Source of the DNA: a virus
Taxonomy: Duplodnaviria > Caudoviricetes
IMG/VR virus record: IMGVR_UViG_3300032295_002044
Coordinates: 1 to 41,238 of that record
Direction: 5' to 3' (one strand)
Length of the DNA stretch: 41,238 bases
Position numbers and translations under genes: made by a program. The notes under the pieces were generated by a model. That model had not been told where the DNA came from, made no database searches, and saw only the letters and a program-made list of their open reading frames with translations. Position 1 is the first letter of the stretch; the number at the start of each line of letters is the position of its first letter. Shown here one piece after another: positions 1 through 10,100 of this stretch.

Positions 1-1
1 T

Positions 2-133
2 CACACCTTCACAACCAATGCGACGGGTGACGGCAACAGTCACAGCCACACAATCAGCACGGACGGGTCGCACACTCACACAGTCTCGACGCTTCAGCCC
101 TACCTAGCTTCGACCTTCATCATCAAGACCTGA
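2..133 (+). CDS. C-terminal fragment of tail fibre / tail-collar-type protein (5' truncated)
   Basis: Frame 2 reads [43 protein letters not shown]. HxH repeats and a QPY...FIIKT end are typical of phage fibre tips. Confidence 0.75.
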   Translation, partial: HTFTTNATGDGNSHSHTISTDGSHTHTVSTLQPYLASTFIIKT

Positions 134-134
134 C

Positions 135-2216
135 ATGCCGCTACAAAAGCTCCAGTTCGCGCCGGGGGTCATGCACGACGGGTCTCGGTACTCTACGTCC
201 GGGGCTTGGTCTGATTCCGATAAGGTGCGCTTCCGCTCAAACTTCCCCGAGAAGATTGGCGGCTGGCAGCGCGCGACCCTCCAAGCATTTCTTGGAACTG
301 CCCGGAATATCTTTCCGTTCTCCGATCTGGCAGGAAACTACTTCCTGGGGATCGGCACGAACCTCAAGTACTACATCGAACGCGGCGGTACGCTTTACGA
401 CATCACGCCCATCCGGGCGACGATCACGCAGAGCGACCCATTCTCCACCACAAATGGCTCCACGACTGTCACGGTGACGATCCCTAGCCACGGAGCGTTT
501 CTGGGCGACTTCGTGACTTTCTCTGGGGCGAGTTCTGTCGGCGGTCTTACCTTGAATGGTGAGTTTCAGATTGTCGATGTGCTGACATCGGCCACATTCA
601 CCATAACTGCCCCATCTGCCGCTTCGTCCACAGCGACCGGCGGCGGTTCCGTCACTGCCGTTTTTCAGCTTAACACTGGCCTAGACACGACGCTGTATGC
701 GAATGGCTGGGGCGCCGGGACCTGGGGCGGTATTCTCCCTGCAACCAGCGTCACCTTCACTGGCTCTATTAGCGGTACAACGCTAACCGTCTCTGCTGTT
801 TCATCTGGAACCCTGGCTGTGGGGCAGTTGATTACGGGGACTGGCGTGTCGGCTAGCCCTCCGGGCTCTTCTGCCACATACATTACAGCACTCGGCACGG
901 GTACGGGCGGCGTCGGAACCTACACGGTAGGTGTGTCGCAGACCGTCTCGTCCACCACGATGTTCGCATTTAGCGGCACGGGCTGGGGTGCTGCGTCCAA
1001 CACTCAGGTTGCTGGCACGCGACTACGGCTATGGTCTGCCGACAACTTCGGACAGAACCTCGTCATCAATCCGCGTGATGCGGCGATCTACTACTGGGCC
1101 AACTCTGGTGGTCTCGGCACCAGGGCCGTACTGCTCTCGTCGTTGCCGGGCGCGTCTGCTGTTCCGGGGGTTGCTCGACAAATCATCGTCTCCGATCTGG
1201 ACCGGAAGGTAATTGCCTTCGGTTGCTCCGACATCGTGACGGGCGTTCAGGATCGGCTTCTGATCCGTTGGTCTGATACAGAGAACCCGGCTGTCTGGAC
1301 TCCAACGGAGACCAACTCGGCTGGCGGCATTCGCATTCCGACAGGCTCTGAGTTCATCGGGGCCATCGAAACCAAGCAGGAGATTCTTGTTTGGAGTGAC
1401 GACGCCGTTCACTCCCTCCGGTATATCGGCGCGCCATTCGAGTACTCGATTGTGCGTATCGGTATGACATCCCTTGTTGCCCCGAACGCGGTCGCGTCGG
1501 CAAACGACGTTGTGTATTGGATGGGGCAGAATGGCTTCTTCCAGTGGGATGGCCGCTTGGCTGGCCTGCCCTGCTCGGTGAAGGATTTCGTCTTCAACGA
1601 TCTCAACTGGAACCAAGCCGAGAAGATTACCGGCGGTTCCAATATGTCGTTCAATGAGGTTTGGTGGTTCTACCCCAGCCTGAACTCCAACGAGAACGAC
1701 CGCTACGTTATGTATAACTACAACGAGCGTGTTTGGAGTGTGGGTACGATTGTTCGCACGACATGGGTTGATCGGGGCATTGAGGACTATCCTCGTGCGG
1801 CCTCGACGGATGGCTACGTCTACTTCCACGAGATCGGTCAGGACGACGGCTCGACCAACCCTCCGTCCCCGATCATCTCCTACATCGAAAGCTCTCCGAT
1901 TGAGATCGGCCAGGGTGAGCAGTTTGGGTTTGCTTGGCGCATGATCCCTGACTTGGACTTCAGGAACAGTTCTGCCCCCAACCCAACGGTGGATTTCATC
2001 CTTGAAGCTCAGGACTACTCTGGCTCCAACTTCAGTCAGACGGCGAACAACAACACGACCCTGACGGCGACGCTGCCTATCGCTCAGTTCACGGACCAGA
2101 CGTACTTCCGTCTGAGGGGCCGCATGATGACGCTGAGGGTAAGAAGCGATCAGGTCGGCGTTGCTTGGCGCCTGGGCATTCCGCGTGTTGATATCCGGTC
2201 GGATGGCCGTCGATGA
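135..2216 (+). CDS. Tail tubular/nozzle (P22 gp10 / T7 gp12-like stabilisation) protein with Thr/Ser/Gly-rich beta insertions
   Basis: 693 aa; W.D.DKVRF...PEKIGGW N-terminus, IRWSD...W beta-propeller-like repeats, C-terminal RLRGR...WRLG...D...DGRR; structural-gene context. Confidence 0.7.
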   Translation: MPLQKLQFAPGVMHDGSRYSTSGAWSDSDKVRFRSNFPEKIGGWQRATLQAFLGTARNIFPFSDLAGNYFLGIGTNLKYYIERGGTLYDITPIRATITQSDPFSTTNGSTTVTVTIPSHGAFLGDFVTFSGASSVGGLTLNGEFQIVDVLTSATFTITAPSAASSTATGGGSVTAVFQLNTGLDTTLYANGWGAGTWGGILPATSVTFTGSISGTTLTVSAVSSGTLAVGQLITGTGVSASPPGSSATYITALGTGTGGVGTYTVGVSQTVSSTTMFAFSGTGWGAASNTQVAGTRLRLWSADNFGQNLVINPRDAAIYYWANSGGLGTRAVLLSSLPGASAVPGVARQIIVSDLDRKVIAFGCSDIVTGVQDRLLIRWSDTENPAVWTPTETNSAGGIRIPTGSEFIGAIETKQEILVWSDDAVHSLRYIGAPFEYSIVRIGMTSLVAPNAVASANDVVYWMGQNGFFQWDGRLAGLPCSVKDFVFNDLNWNQAEKITGGSNMSFNEVWWFYPSLNSNENDRYVMYNYNERVWSVGTIVRTTWVDRGIEDYPRAASTDGYVYFHEIGQDDGSTNPPSPIISYIESSPIEIGQGEQFGFAWRMIPDLDFRNSSAPNPTVDFILEAQDYSGSNFSQTANNNTTLTATLPIAQFTDQTYFRLRGRMMTLRVRSDQVGVAWRLGIPRVDIRSDGRR

Positions 2217-2788
2217 GGCTGGGCAGGACAAGGCTGCCCATCCCTGCCCCGAACTACGAACGGGAGTGGGGTAGCCAGCTTATCAGGGCGATTGACCAGA
2301 ACTTCGATGCAGCCTTTGCCAACATCGACAACTCTGCTGCGATCACTGGGTTCTATGGGTCCTTCTTCGACACGACGACCCAGACGGCTGCGGCGATCAA
2401 CACACCCTATGCGATGCAACTCAACACGACGGCTGAGTCCAATCAGGTCGCAGTGACGAGTGGTTCTCGCATCACATTCAAGAATCGTGGGACGTACAAT
2501 ATCCAGTTCTCGGCCCAGCTAGACCAGACTTCCGGCGCAAGCCACAACATCTACATCTGGTTTCGCAGGAACGGTATTGATATCCCCAACTCATCTTCTA
2601 CCGTTGCCATTCAGGGTACTTCGGCTGAATTGGTTGCCGCCTGGAACTTCCTCATAACTGTTCTTGGTGGCGACTACATTCAGATCATGTGGGCCGTGGA
2701 CAACACGGCAGTTCAGATCGTGGCGGCTCCAGCAAACGCCTTCAGCCCAGCAATCCCGTCTGTTATAGCTACCGCAGTGTCGGTTTAA
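2213..2788 (+). CDS. Virion structural protein (beta-rich C-terminal domain)
   Basis: 191 aa, ATGA overlap with upstream stop; LP.P...Y N-terminus and [10 protein letters not shown] / [11 protein letters not shown] motifs. Confidence 0.6.
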   Translation: MRLGRTRLPIPAPNYEREWGSQLIRAIDQNFDAAFANIDNSAAITGFYGSFFDTTTQTAAAINTPYAMQLNTTAESNQVAVTSGSRITFKNRGTYNIQFSAQLDQTSGASHNIYIWFRRNGIDIPNSSSTVAIQGTSAELVAAWNFLITVLGGDYIQIMWAVDNTAVQIVAAPANAFSPAIPSVIATAVSV

Positions 2789-2798
2789 GGACAGCCTC

Positions 2799-4082
2799 AT
2801 GCGCGACGCAGCCCGGACTTTAGCCAGCTACGGACGGAACGGCGACGACATGCTGGTGCATGTCAGCCGCAAGGAGCTTGAAGGTATCCGAGCCCTGACG
2901 GGCCGGGACTTCACGCGCAATCCAGACACGGGCCTGCCGGAAGCCTTTAACTTTTCGTCCTTGATCCCTGTGGCTGCTGGCATCGCTGGCACCGTACTGA
3001 GTGGCGGCAATCCTCTCGTGGGCGCTGCGGCCTCTGGTCTTGCGAGTGCGGGTACTTCTGCCGCTCGCGGCGCTTCTGCTGAACAGGCGCTGACCCAGGG
3101 CCTTATCAGCGGCGTCACCTCTTATGCTGGCGGGCAGATTCTGGCCGGTGTGGGGGACCCTGTGGCTCAGGCCACTCAAACTGCAACTACCGGCCTTGGG
3201 GAATCTGCCCTCCAAGGGGCCGGAAGCTCGATGGCTGCCGCTCCAACTGGCGCAACCGCAGCTTCAATCCCCGGACCAACTGCCGATGTTGGCTCGTTTG
3301 GCGTTATGCCTGCACCAACCCCCTTTGGTGGCGGCGCTGAGGTAGTTCAGCCGCCGGGGCTGATGGATCGCATAGCAACGCGCGCTTCTGACTTCGGCAC
3401 GAGGCTATCTAATATTGCCAGCGATCCTGGGGCGGCGGTCTCTAAGATTGCCGAGAACGTTCAGGCTCGCCCGTTTCCTGCCCTCATCGCTGCTGGCGGC
3501 ACGCTCTTGCAGGCCAGCGACATGATGGGTGGTCAGCCTGCCATCCCTGGCGCCACACCCTACGACCCGAACCGCTACCCCGAGCAGTTCCCGACCAACC
3601 CCCGTCGATGGAACGCGCCGCCTGCTGGCTATCGCGCTGGGGCAGGACCCGAATTTACCTACTTTGCTAAGGGTGGCCTTGCCTCTATGCGCCCCGAGGA
3701 GGGTTACACTGCCAACCTCATGAACGAAGCCAAGGCCGCGATCCTGGGCGAGCATCCCCGTCCGCGTGAGGCGCTTGAGCGGTTCCGGGAACGCTTCGGT
3801 GATGACGCCCTGGCTCTGCTGCGTGATCGCATGACTGGCGGTCGGGTCCGTGGGGCTGGCAGCGGCATGGACGATCTCGTCCCCGGCACCATCGAAGGCC
3901 GACAGAAGGTTCGCCTTGCTGATGGCGAGTTCGTAGTCCCGGCGGATGTCGTGTCTGGTCTGGGCGATGGCAGCACCGAGCATGGCGTTCGCCGCCTGCA
4001 CGGGATGATGGACAAGGTCCGCAAGGAGCGAACCGGCAAGAAGGCCCAGCCCAAGTCCATCGGCGGAAAGATTAGTCTGTGA
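2799..4082 (+). CDS. Putative internal virion / DNA ejection protein
   Basis: 427 aa, Gly/Ala-rich; N-terminal GR.GD.MLVH...NP.TGLPEAF and C-terminal G.G.GMDD.VP...LADGEFVVPADVVS.LGDGS motifs. Confidence 0.6.
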   Translation: MRDAARTLASYGRNGDDMLVHVSRKELEGIRALTGRDFTRNPDTGLPEAFNFSSLIPVAAGIAGTVLSGGNPLVGAAASGLASAGTSAARGASAEQALTQGLISGVTSYAGGQILAGVGDPVAQATQTATTGLGESALQGAGSSMAAAPTGATAASIPGPTADVGSFGVMPAPTPFGGGAEVVQPPGLMDRIATRASDFGTRLSNIASDPGAAVSKIAENVQARPFPALIAAGGTLLQASDMMGGQPAIPGATPYDPNRYPEQFPTNPRRWNAPPAGYRAGAGPEFTYFAKGGLASMRPEEGYTANLMNEAKAAILGEHPRPREALERFRERFGDDALALLRDRMTGGRVRGAGSGMDDLVPGTIEGRQKVRLADGEFVVPADVVSGLGDGSTEHGVRRLHGMMDKVRKERTGKKAQPKSIGGKISL

Positions 4083-4492
4083 ATGTGAGCCTAGTCCCGG
4101 AGAGCCACATTGATGGCGTCTGGGATTCTGTAAAAGAGTTCCTTATCCCTGCCGTTAAGGTGACTAACGGCAGGTATATGCTCTACGATGTGTATGTCGC
4201 ACTGAAGCGTGCCGACATGCAGCTTTGGATTGCCTTCGATGATGACCGTGAAATTAATGGCTGTGAAGTAACCACGATTACGGATTATCCTTCACGGCGT
4301 GTTCTCACGTCCCTGTTCACTGGGGGCAGAAACATCCGTCTTTGGAAGGACCCCTTGATGGGGGTCTTGGTCCGTTGGGCGGAAGATAATGAATGCACGG
4401 CCATCGAGGGCTATGGTAGAAAAGGCTGGCTCAAGATGCTCGATTCTTATGGGGTAAAGCAGGCCCTTATCATGTTCGAGAAGGACATCTGA
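4079..4492 (+). CDS. GNAT-fold / acetyltransferase-like virion assembly protein
   Basis: 137 aa; LW...T.I.DYP...GG...W...WA...C..IEG.GRKGW.KML pattern seen between podovirus ejection genes. Confidence 0.55.
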   Translation: MNVSLVPESHIDGVWDSVKEFLIPAVKVTNGRYMLYDVYVALKRADMQLWIAFDDDREINGCEVTTITDYPSRRVLTSLFTGGRNIRLWKDPLMGVLVRWAEDNECTAIEGYGRKGWLKMLDSYGVKQALIMFEKDI

Positions 4493-4493
4493 C

Positions 4494-5462
4494 ATGGGCG
4501 GCGCACCAAAATCGGGACCCACTCAAAGCACCACCTACACCTCCAACCTCCCCGAGTATGCGCGTCCATACTTCGAGCGGATGATGGGCAGGGCTGAGGC
4601 TGAGAGCAATCAGCCTTATGTGGGCTATGGTGGTCAGCGCATTGCTGGTTTTACCCCGGACGTTGAGCAGAGCTTCGACATCACTCGCGGCGTTGCCGCT
4701 CGTGGAACGCCGGAAGCTGATGTGGCTGGTGGTATCCTGGGCGCGTCCGCAATGCGTGGTCTAGGAGCGAGCGACTACACGGCTGCTCCAATCCAGCAGC
4801 AGGCGTTTGGGCGAGAACAGGCCCAGCAGTACATGTCGCCCTACATGGATGAGGTTCTTGCTCGTCAGAAGTCTGCGGCAATCCGGGACTTTGATGAGGG
4901 GCGTCCGTCGCGCGAGACCCAGGCGATCAAGGCTGGCGCCTTTGGCGGATATCGTTCTGCCATCCAGGAAGGCGTTGCCCAGCGTGGCCTTGGCGAGCGT
5001 CTGTCCGACATTGAGGCGGCTGGCCGACAGAAGGCGTTTGAGAACGCACAGACGCAGTTCGAGCGTGATCGCGCCGCATCTATGCAGGCCCAGGGGACGA
5101 CCGAAGCACAGCGTCTTGCTGCCGCTCAGTACGGATTGTCTGGGGCAGGACTTGGCTTGCAGGCTGGTCAGCAGTTTGGCCAGCTTGGCGCACTGCGTCA
5201 GGGCCTTACGATGCAGCAGGCTCAGGAACTCCAGAAGCAGGGCGGCGTTCAGCAGCAGCAGCAGCAGCGTGAGCTTGATCTTGCGTATCAGGACTTCCTG
5301 AACCAGCGCGACTTCGACAAGCAGCAGATCAACTTCATGTCGAGCATCCTGCGTGGCATTCCCGTGCAGCCTCAACAGGTTGTTAACCAGTACGCCAATC
5401 CCAATCCGCTGGCTCAGTTTGGCGGTCTTGGGATCGCTGGCCTTGGTCTGATGCGTTCCTAG
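4494..5462 (+). CDS. DNA ejection / pilot protein
   Basis: 322 aa, Gln/Ala/Gly-rich; LPEYA.PY, YMSPY...V, AGAFGG.R motifs and glycine-rich hydrophobic C-terminus. Confidence 0.6.
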   Translation: MGGAPKSGPTQSTTYTSNLPEYARPYFERMMGRAEAESNQPYVGYGGQRIAGFTPDVEQSFDITRGVAARGTPEADVAGGILGASAMRGLGASDYTAAPIQQQAFGREQAQQYMSPYMDEVLARQKSAAIRDFDEGRPSRETQAIKAGAFGGYRSAIQEGVAQRGLGERLSDIEAAGRQKAFENAQTQFERDRAASMQAQGTTEAQRLAAAQYGLSGAGLGLQAGQQFGQLGALRQGLTMQQAQELQKQGGVQQQQQQRELDLAYQDFLNQRDFDKQQINFMSSILRGIPVQPQQVVNQYANPNPLAQFGGLGIAGLGLMRS

Positions 5463-5471
5463 GGGGCCTAA

Positions 5472-7184
5472 ATGAATCTGCTCAAAGTTCAGGACGCCCT
5501 CAAGAACGCCTCTGACCAGCAGCTTATGGGGCTGATGCAGTCTCCGGACAGCACGGCTCCGTCGTATCTGGTGCTATCTGAAATCCGCCGTCGCAAGGAC
5601 ATGCGGAACAAGCAGGCTCCTGAAGGCCAGTCCAATCGTACTGTGGCTGATGACCTCCTTGCCCAGGACGACGGCGGCATTCGTGACATCGTTGCTCACG
5701 ATGAGCCCGAAGCTCAGGACGGGGCAGACGAGATGGCTGCCGGTGGGCTGGCGTCTCTACGTCGCTATGCCGAAGGCGGTGTCGTCCGAATGCAGGCTGG
5801 TGGCGAGTTGCCGCGTCGTCCGCTTTCTGAGATGTCTCCCGAAGAATTGCGTATACTACGTCGGCAGTTTGATTTTGGCGCGTTCTCAGAACGCATGCCC
5901 AACCTTCCCGGCGCTCGTCCAGTTGGTCGCCCACAATACACGCTTGAAGAGCTTGCGGCTGAGGACTTTCGGCGTCGCAATTTGACGCGCCCGAATGAGC
6001 CTAGTCGGTTTATTGAAGACCCAGAGAGCGCCTTTGCTAATCGCTCTCCGGATCAAATGAGTGTTCAGACTGCTGCTCCAGCCCAGCCTGCCGTAACCAC
6101 AGAGCCTGTAAGGCCGGTTGTGGCACGGCCCGAATATCTAGCTCCATCCCCGGATGCTGACCGAGATGCGGCGATGGGCCGCATACCGCCTGCACCGACA
6201 ACCACAACGGCAACGCAGCCGCCTCCGGCTCGTCCTGCCCGTCCTGCTGGTAACCAGCCAGCGCCGCCTGCTGCTACCACAGCCGCTCCGGGTCTCGACG
6301 GTCTGAGGAATGCCGCTCAGGGCGCTGAGCCGTCTCAGTCCAGTGTGCAGTTCACCGACCGCCTGTCGCCTCTCTTTGAGCGCATGCGGGAGGGGCGCAT
6401 TGATCCTGCTGCCCGCAGGAACGAGGCGCTGAACATGGCGCTGATTGAGGCTGGCCTTCGTATCGCTAGCTCTCGCAACCCCAGCCTTGCCGGTGCGATT
6501 GGTGAGGGGGCAGCACCCGCTGTTCAGTCCTACGGTCAGCAACTTAGCCAGATTCGTCAGGATCAGCGTCAGGATATTCGTGACGAGCTTCAGGGCGCTC
6601 TCGCTCAGAACCAGAACGACTACTACCGTGGTCGTCTGTCTCAGCAGGAGTTTGCCACGAGGCAGCAACTGATCATCGAGCGCATCCGTCAGGATCGTGA
6701 GGACGCCCGCACTGGCGTTCGCGAGGCTGGCGCGACGGCTCGCAACGAAGCGACGATTGCTGGTGCCAATAGGTCTCCGGAGGCTCAGCGTCTCTGGCAG
6801 TTCATGTTCCCCGGTCAGACGTTCGATCCGAACAATGCTAACCACATGGAAGGCATGAACCGCATCCTTGGTCGCGGTCGCGATCCTGATCAGGCTATGG
6901 ATATCGCGCGCCTTCGGAACGATGCCGCTGTCGAACAGCGTCTTGCCAACGCCTATCTGCGTGATCCTGAGATTACGTCTCTCTCTCGCCGCCTTGAGAG
7001 CGTCGCAACGCTTCCAGGGGCAGAAGGCGACAGGATGCGAGCAATGCTTCGACAGCAGCTTGATGCTGCCAGGGGCCGCGTGCGGCAGGAGCTTGCTGCC
7101 ACAAGCAGTGCATCTCCCGCTACACCGCCCCTCTCCCCTGGTTCTGGTGGCGCTCAGGTTTATACTCCTCCCGGCAGCCGATAA
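5472..7184 (+). CDS. Internal virion / ejection protein
   Basis: 570 aa; P.YLVLSEI.RR N-terminus, repeated (M/Y)A.GG motifs, Pro-rich linker, coiled-coil C-terminal half. Confidence 0.55.
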   Translation: MNLLKVQDALKNASDQQLMGLMQSPDSTAPSYLVLSEIRRRKDMRNKQAPEGQSNRTVADDLLAQDDGGIRDIVAHDEPEAQDGADEMAAGGLASLRRYAEGGVVRMQAGGELPRRPLSEMSPEELRILRRQFDFGAFSERMPNLPGARPVGRPQYTLEELAAEDFRRRNLTRPNEPSRFIEDPESAFANRSPDQMSVQTAAPAQPAVTTEPVRPVVARPEYLAPSPDADRDAAMGRIPPAPTTTTATQPPPARPARPAGNQPAPPAATTAAPGLDGLRNAAQGAEPSQSSVQFTDRLSPLFERMREGRIDPAARRNEALNMALIEAGLRIASSRNPSLAGAIGEGAAPAVQSYGQQLSQIRQDQRQDIRDELQGALAQNQNDYYRGRLSQQEFATRQQLIIERIRQDREDARTGVREAGATARNEATIAGANRSPEAQRLWQFMFPGQTFDPNNANHMEGMNRILGRGRDPDQAMDIARLRNDAAVEQRLANAYLRDPEITSLSRRLESVATLPGAEGDRMRAMLRQQLDAARGRVRQELAATSSASPATPPLSPGSGGAQVYTPPGSR

Positions 7185-7196
7185 GGGTTTCGTTGC

Positions 7197-10100
7197 ATGC
7201 AGCGGGTTAATATCCCCGGCATTGGTCCGGTCGATTTCCCCGACACCATGTCGGCTGAGCAGATTAACCAAGCTATCCAGAACGAGATTCTACCTTTCTA
7301 CTCCAGGCCGCGTCAGCCTGTTGCGCCGGTCCAAGAGACTACTGCCCCAGCAGAACAGCCTCAGCGTGGCTCAAACCTGGGCTTTGCCGGTGATCTGGTT
7401 GGGTCTGGTATCTCTGGTCTTGGCGGCATCGGCACTGCGGCAGGCGGTCTGTATGGTCTCGCTACCGGCGACTACGACACCGGCATCATGCGTCTGGGCC
7501 GTCGCGCTCAGAGGTACGGCGAAAGCCTCATGTCGCCCGAACTGCTGGCGTCTCGTGAGAAGCTTGAGCGAGACATTCAGGAAGCCGGTGAACGTGGCCC
7601 ACTAGCTGAAGCTGGTGCTGCTTTCCGTGGTATCGCGACCGACCCTCGTCTTCTGACGAGCTTTGTTGCTGAACAGGTCCCGCAGTTTATCGGCTCGCTT
7701 GGCGTTGGCCGTGCTGCTGGTGCTGTGGGGCAGTATGCCGCCCGTCGTGGTGGCGCTGAAGCTGCTGAGGCCGCAGGCCGTCGTGCTGCTGTGGGTGCTG
7801 CTATTGGTACTGGCACGGGTCTTCAGACTGGTGAGGTGGCTGACTCCACCTACCAAGACGTGATGAACCTTGCCCCCGAGGTCATCGAACGCAGCCCCAA
7901 CTACCAGCTTCTTCGGCAGAACCTGACTGAGGAAGAGGCTCGTCAGAGCCTTGCTGTTCGTGCGGCTCGTGAGGCTGCGGCCATTGCCGCTCCCATCTCG
8001 GCAGGCACTGCTGCCCTGTTTGGTGCTGAGCGTTTTGCCCTTGGCGATCAAATCAAGCGCCGTGCGATCTCTCGCGTTGTGCTTGGGGCCACTGGGGAAG
8101 CCAGCCAGGAAGGCATTGAAGAGGGCGGCGGTCGCTTTGCCCGTAACGTCGGTGCCAGCCGGGCTGACATCGAGCGTGATCTCATGCAGGGCGTTGGTGG
8201 TGCTGCTGCCCAGGGCGCCATTCTTGGTGCTGTTATCGGCGGTGGTACTGGCCTCGTCAGCGGTCGCGCTCCTGATCAGACCCTTCGTGGTGAAGACGAT
8301 GATCTCCGTAGGTCGCTTGATCCGTTCCTGTCTTCTATCCGCAGGACGCCGGGCGTGCCGGGTCAGCCAGATGTGGCCGACAACGTTCGTCTCGTCACGG
8401 AAAATCTGCCCGTCACGGCTGAGCAGTTCCTGAACGCCACTCCCAGGGCTCAGGAGATTCTAATCAATCGTGCTCAGCGGCAGGCTGAAGGCCGTCTGAA
8501 TGCAGAGAATCTTCCGGTTCGTGGCCCAGAGGTAGAACGCGGACGCATTCCTCCTTCGGAGGTTCAGCGGTTCCCGCAGTCTGCCAGCACTCCGTCCGAT
8601 GAGTTGGTTTCGGGGCAGGCTGGCGCTCGTGCCCAGGGCTTCCAGTTTGAGGAAGGCCGTGCCGAGCCTATGGAAGGCGGCATCACCCAGGCTGAGTTCT
8701 TCCGTCAGCGTGCTGAGGAGATGGCTCGTGCCCAGGCCGGTACGGCTGGTGTGGCTGGTCGCGCTCAGGTGGAGGGAGCGCCTCAGCTTCCCGACAACAT
8801 CCTGCGTCGTAGCGACAAGGGTCTGCTGAACCTCCTGAAGACGGCTAGCCCGCAAGACGCACAACTCATCGCCAGGGAGCTTGAGCGTCGGAGGGCAGAA
8901 AAGGCTGGCGCCCCAGCCGCTGGTCAGCCCACTGCGGCGGAAGCGACGGCTGCTGCTGCCGGTCAGACTTATCGTCCGTCTCTCGGCACTCAGACGCAGC
9001 AGACCGCCCAGGCTGCACGCGCAACGCGCCCCACGTCGCAGCCGATCAGCGCGTTCTTCCCGCTGGTGGAAAACTTCATCGAGGGGCATGTCCGCAACTA
9101 CGGCAGCAGCCAGCCTCTGTCTGTCCCTGCGTTCCAGCAGTACCTGTCTGAGCGCACCGGAGATGTCGTCAGCCTCAAGCGGGCCAGCGAAATCTTCGAC
9201 ACCTACTACAACGCCAGCAGCAAGCGGGCTGTTCCTGCGGGCAGCGGCTGGATTCTTCAGCGTAAGTCGGTGAAGGAAACGGCGCCGAAGGGTCAGCCCT
9301 CTGGTCGTGGCCGTGGCCGTATGCCGCCCACCGTGACGTATGGTGAGGGCGCTCAGAGCCAGCGCGTCTATCGTGCTGTCGCTCCGAAGGGCGTGAACAC
9401 AGACGCCGATGGTCGTCCGCTTCCTCCTGCGGCTCCTCCTGCTGCACCGCTCCGTGCTGGCCCGTCTGGTTTCACCGATCCTCGTATGCGTGAACTGTCT
9501 GGTCGCGAAACTGAGGGTCAGCCCGCTGCTGCGACTGAACAGGCTTCCGTTGAGCAGGATGAAGCTGCGGTCAAGCGCGCCAAGGAGATCGTCAACGACC
9601 GCCTGGACAAGCTTGAAAAGCGTGGCGGAAAGAAGCTGCGAGAGGCCGTCGCTCGTGTCATCCGTGACGGCAAGTTCGACGCAGAGCAAGTGTACGCTGC
9701 CTTCATGGCGGCTGATCAGATCGCCAAGATTCTGCCCGCTGGAGCGAACCACGAGATTGAGTTCGTTGACCGCCTGCTGATTGGTGAGACCAAGGCAGCC
9801 AAGGCTAGCGGCAGCGTGAAGGGGAAGCAGGCTCAAGGTGAGCGGCTTCGTCCGACTGGCGATCTGAACAGCGCCCGCTTCCAGCAGCTTGTGCGTGAAG
9901 GCGCGACGATTGAGCAGGCGTATGCGACCGTTCAGCGTGAGGCAGTAGAGGGTCTTATCCGTCTCTCTCTTGCCCCGAACCAGCTTCCGTTCCTGCGTGA
10001 GACCGCAGCGCACGAAGCCTTCCATGTGCTTCAGGACTACTACAAGAAGTACGATCCTCAGTTCGCGGCTCTGATGGACAAGAGCTTCCGCGATGACATG

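Noticed and set aside
5250-5270. CAG repeat
   Set aside because: It encodes a poly-Gln stretch in a Gln-rich ejection protein, which is ordinary.
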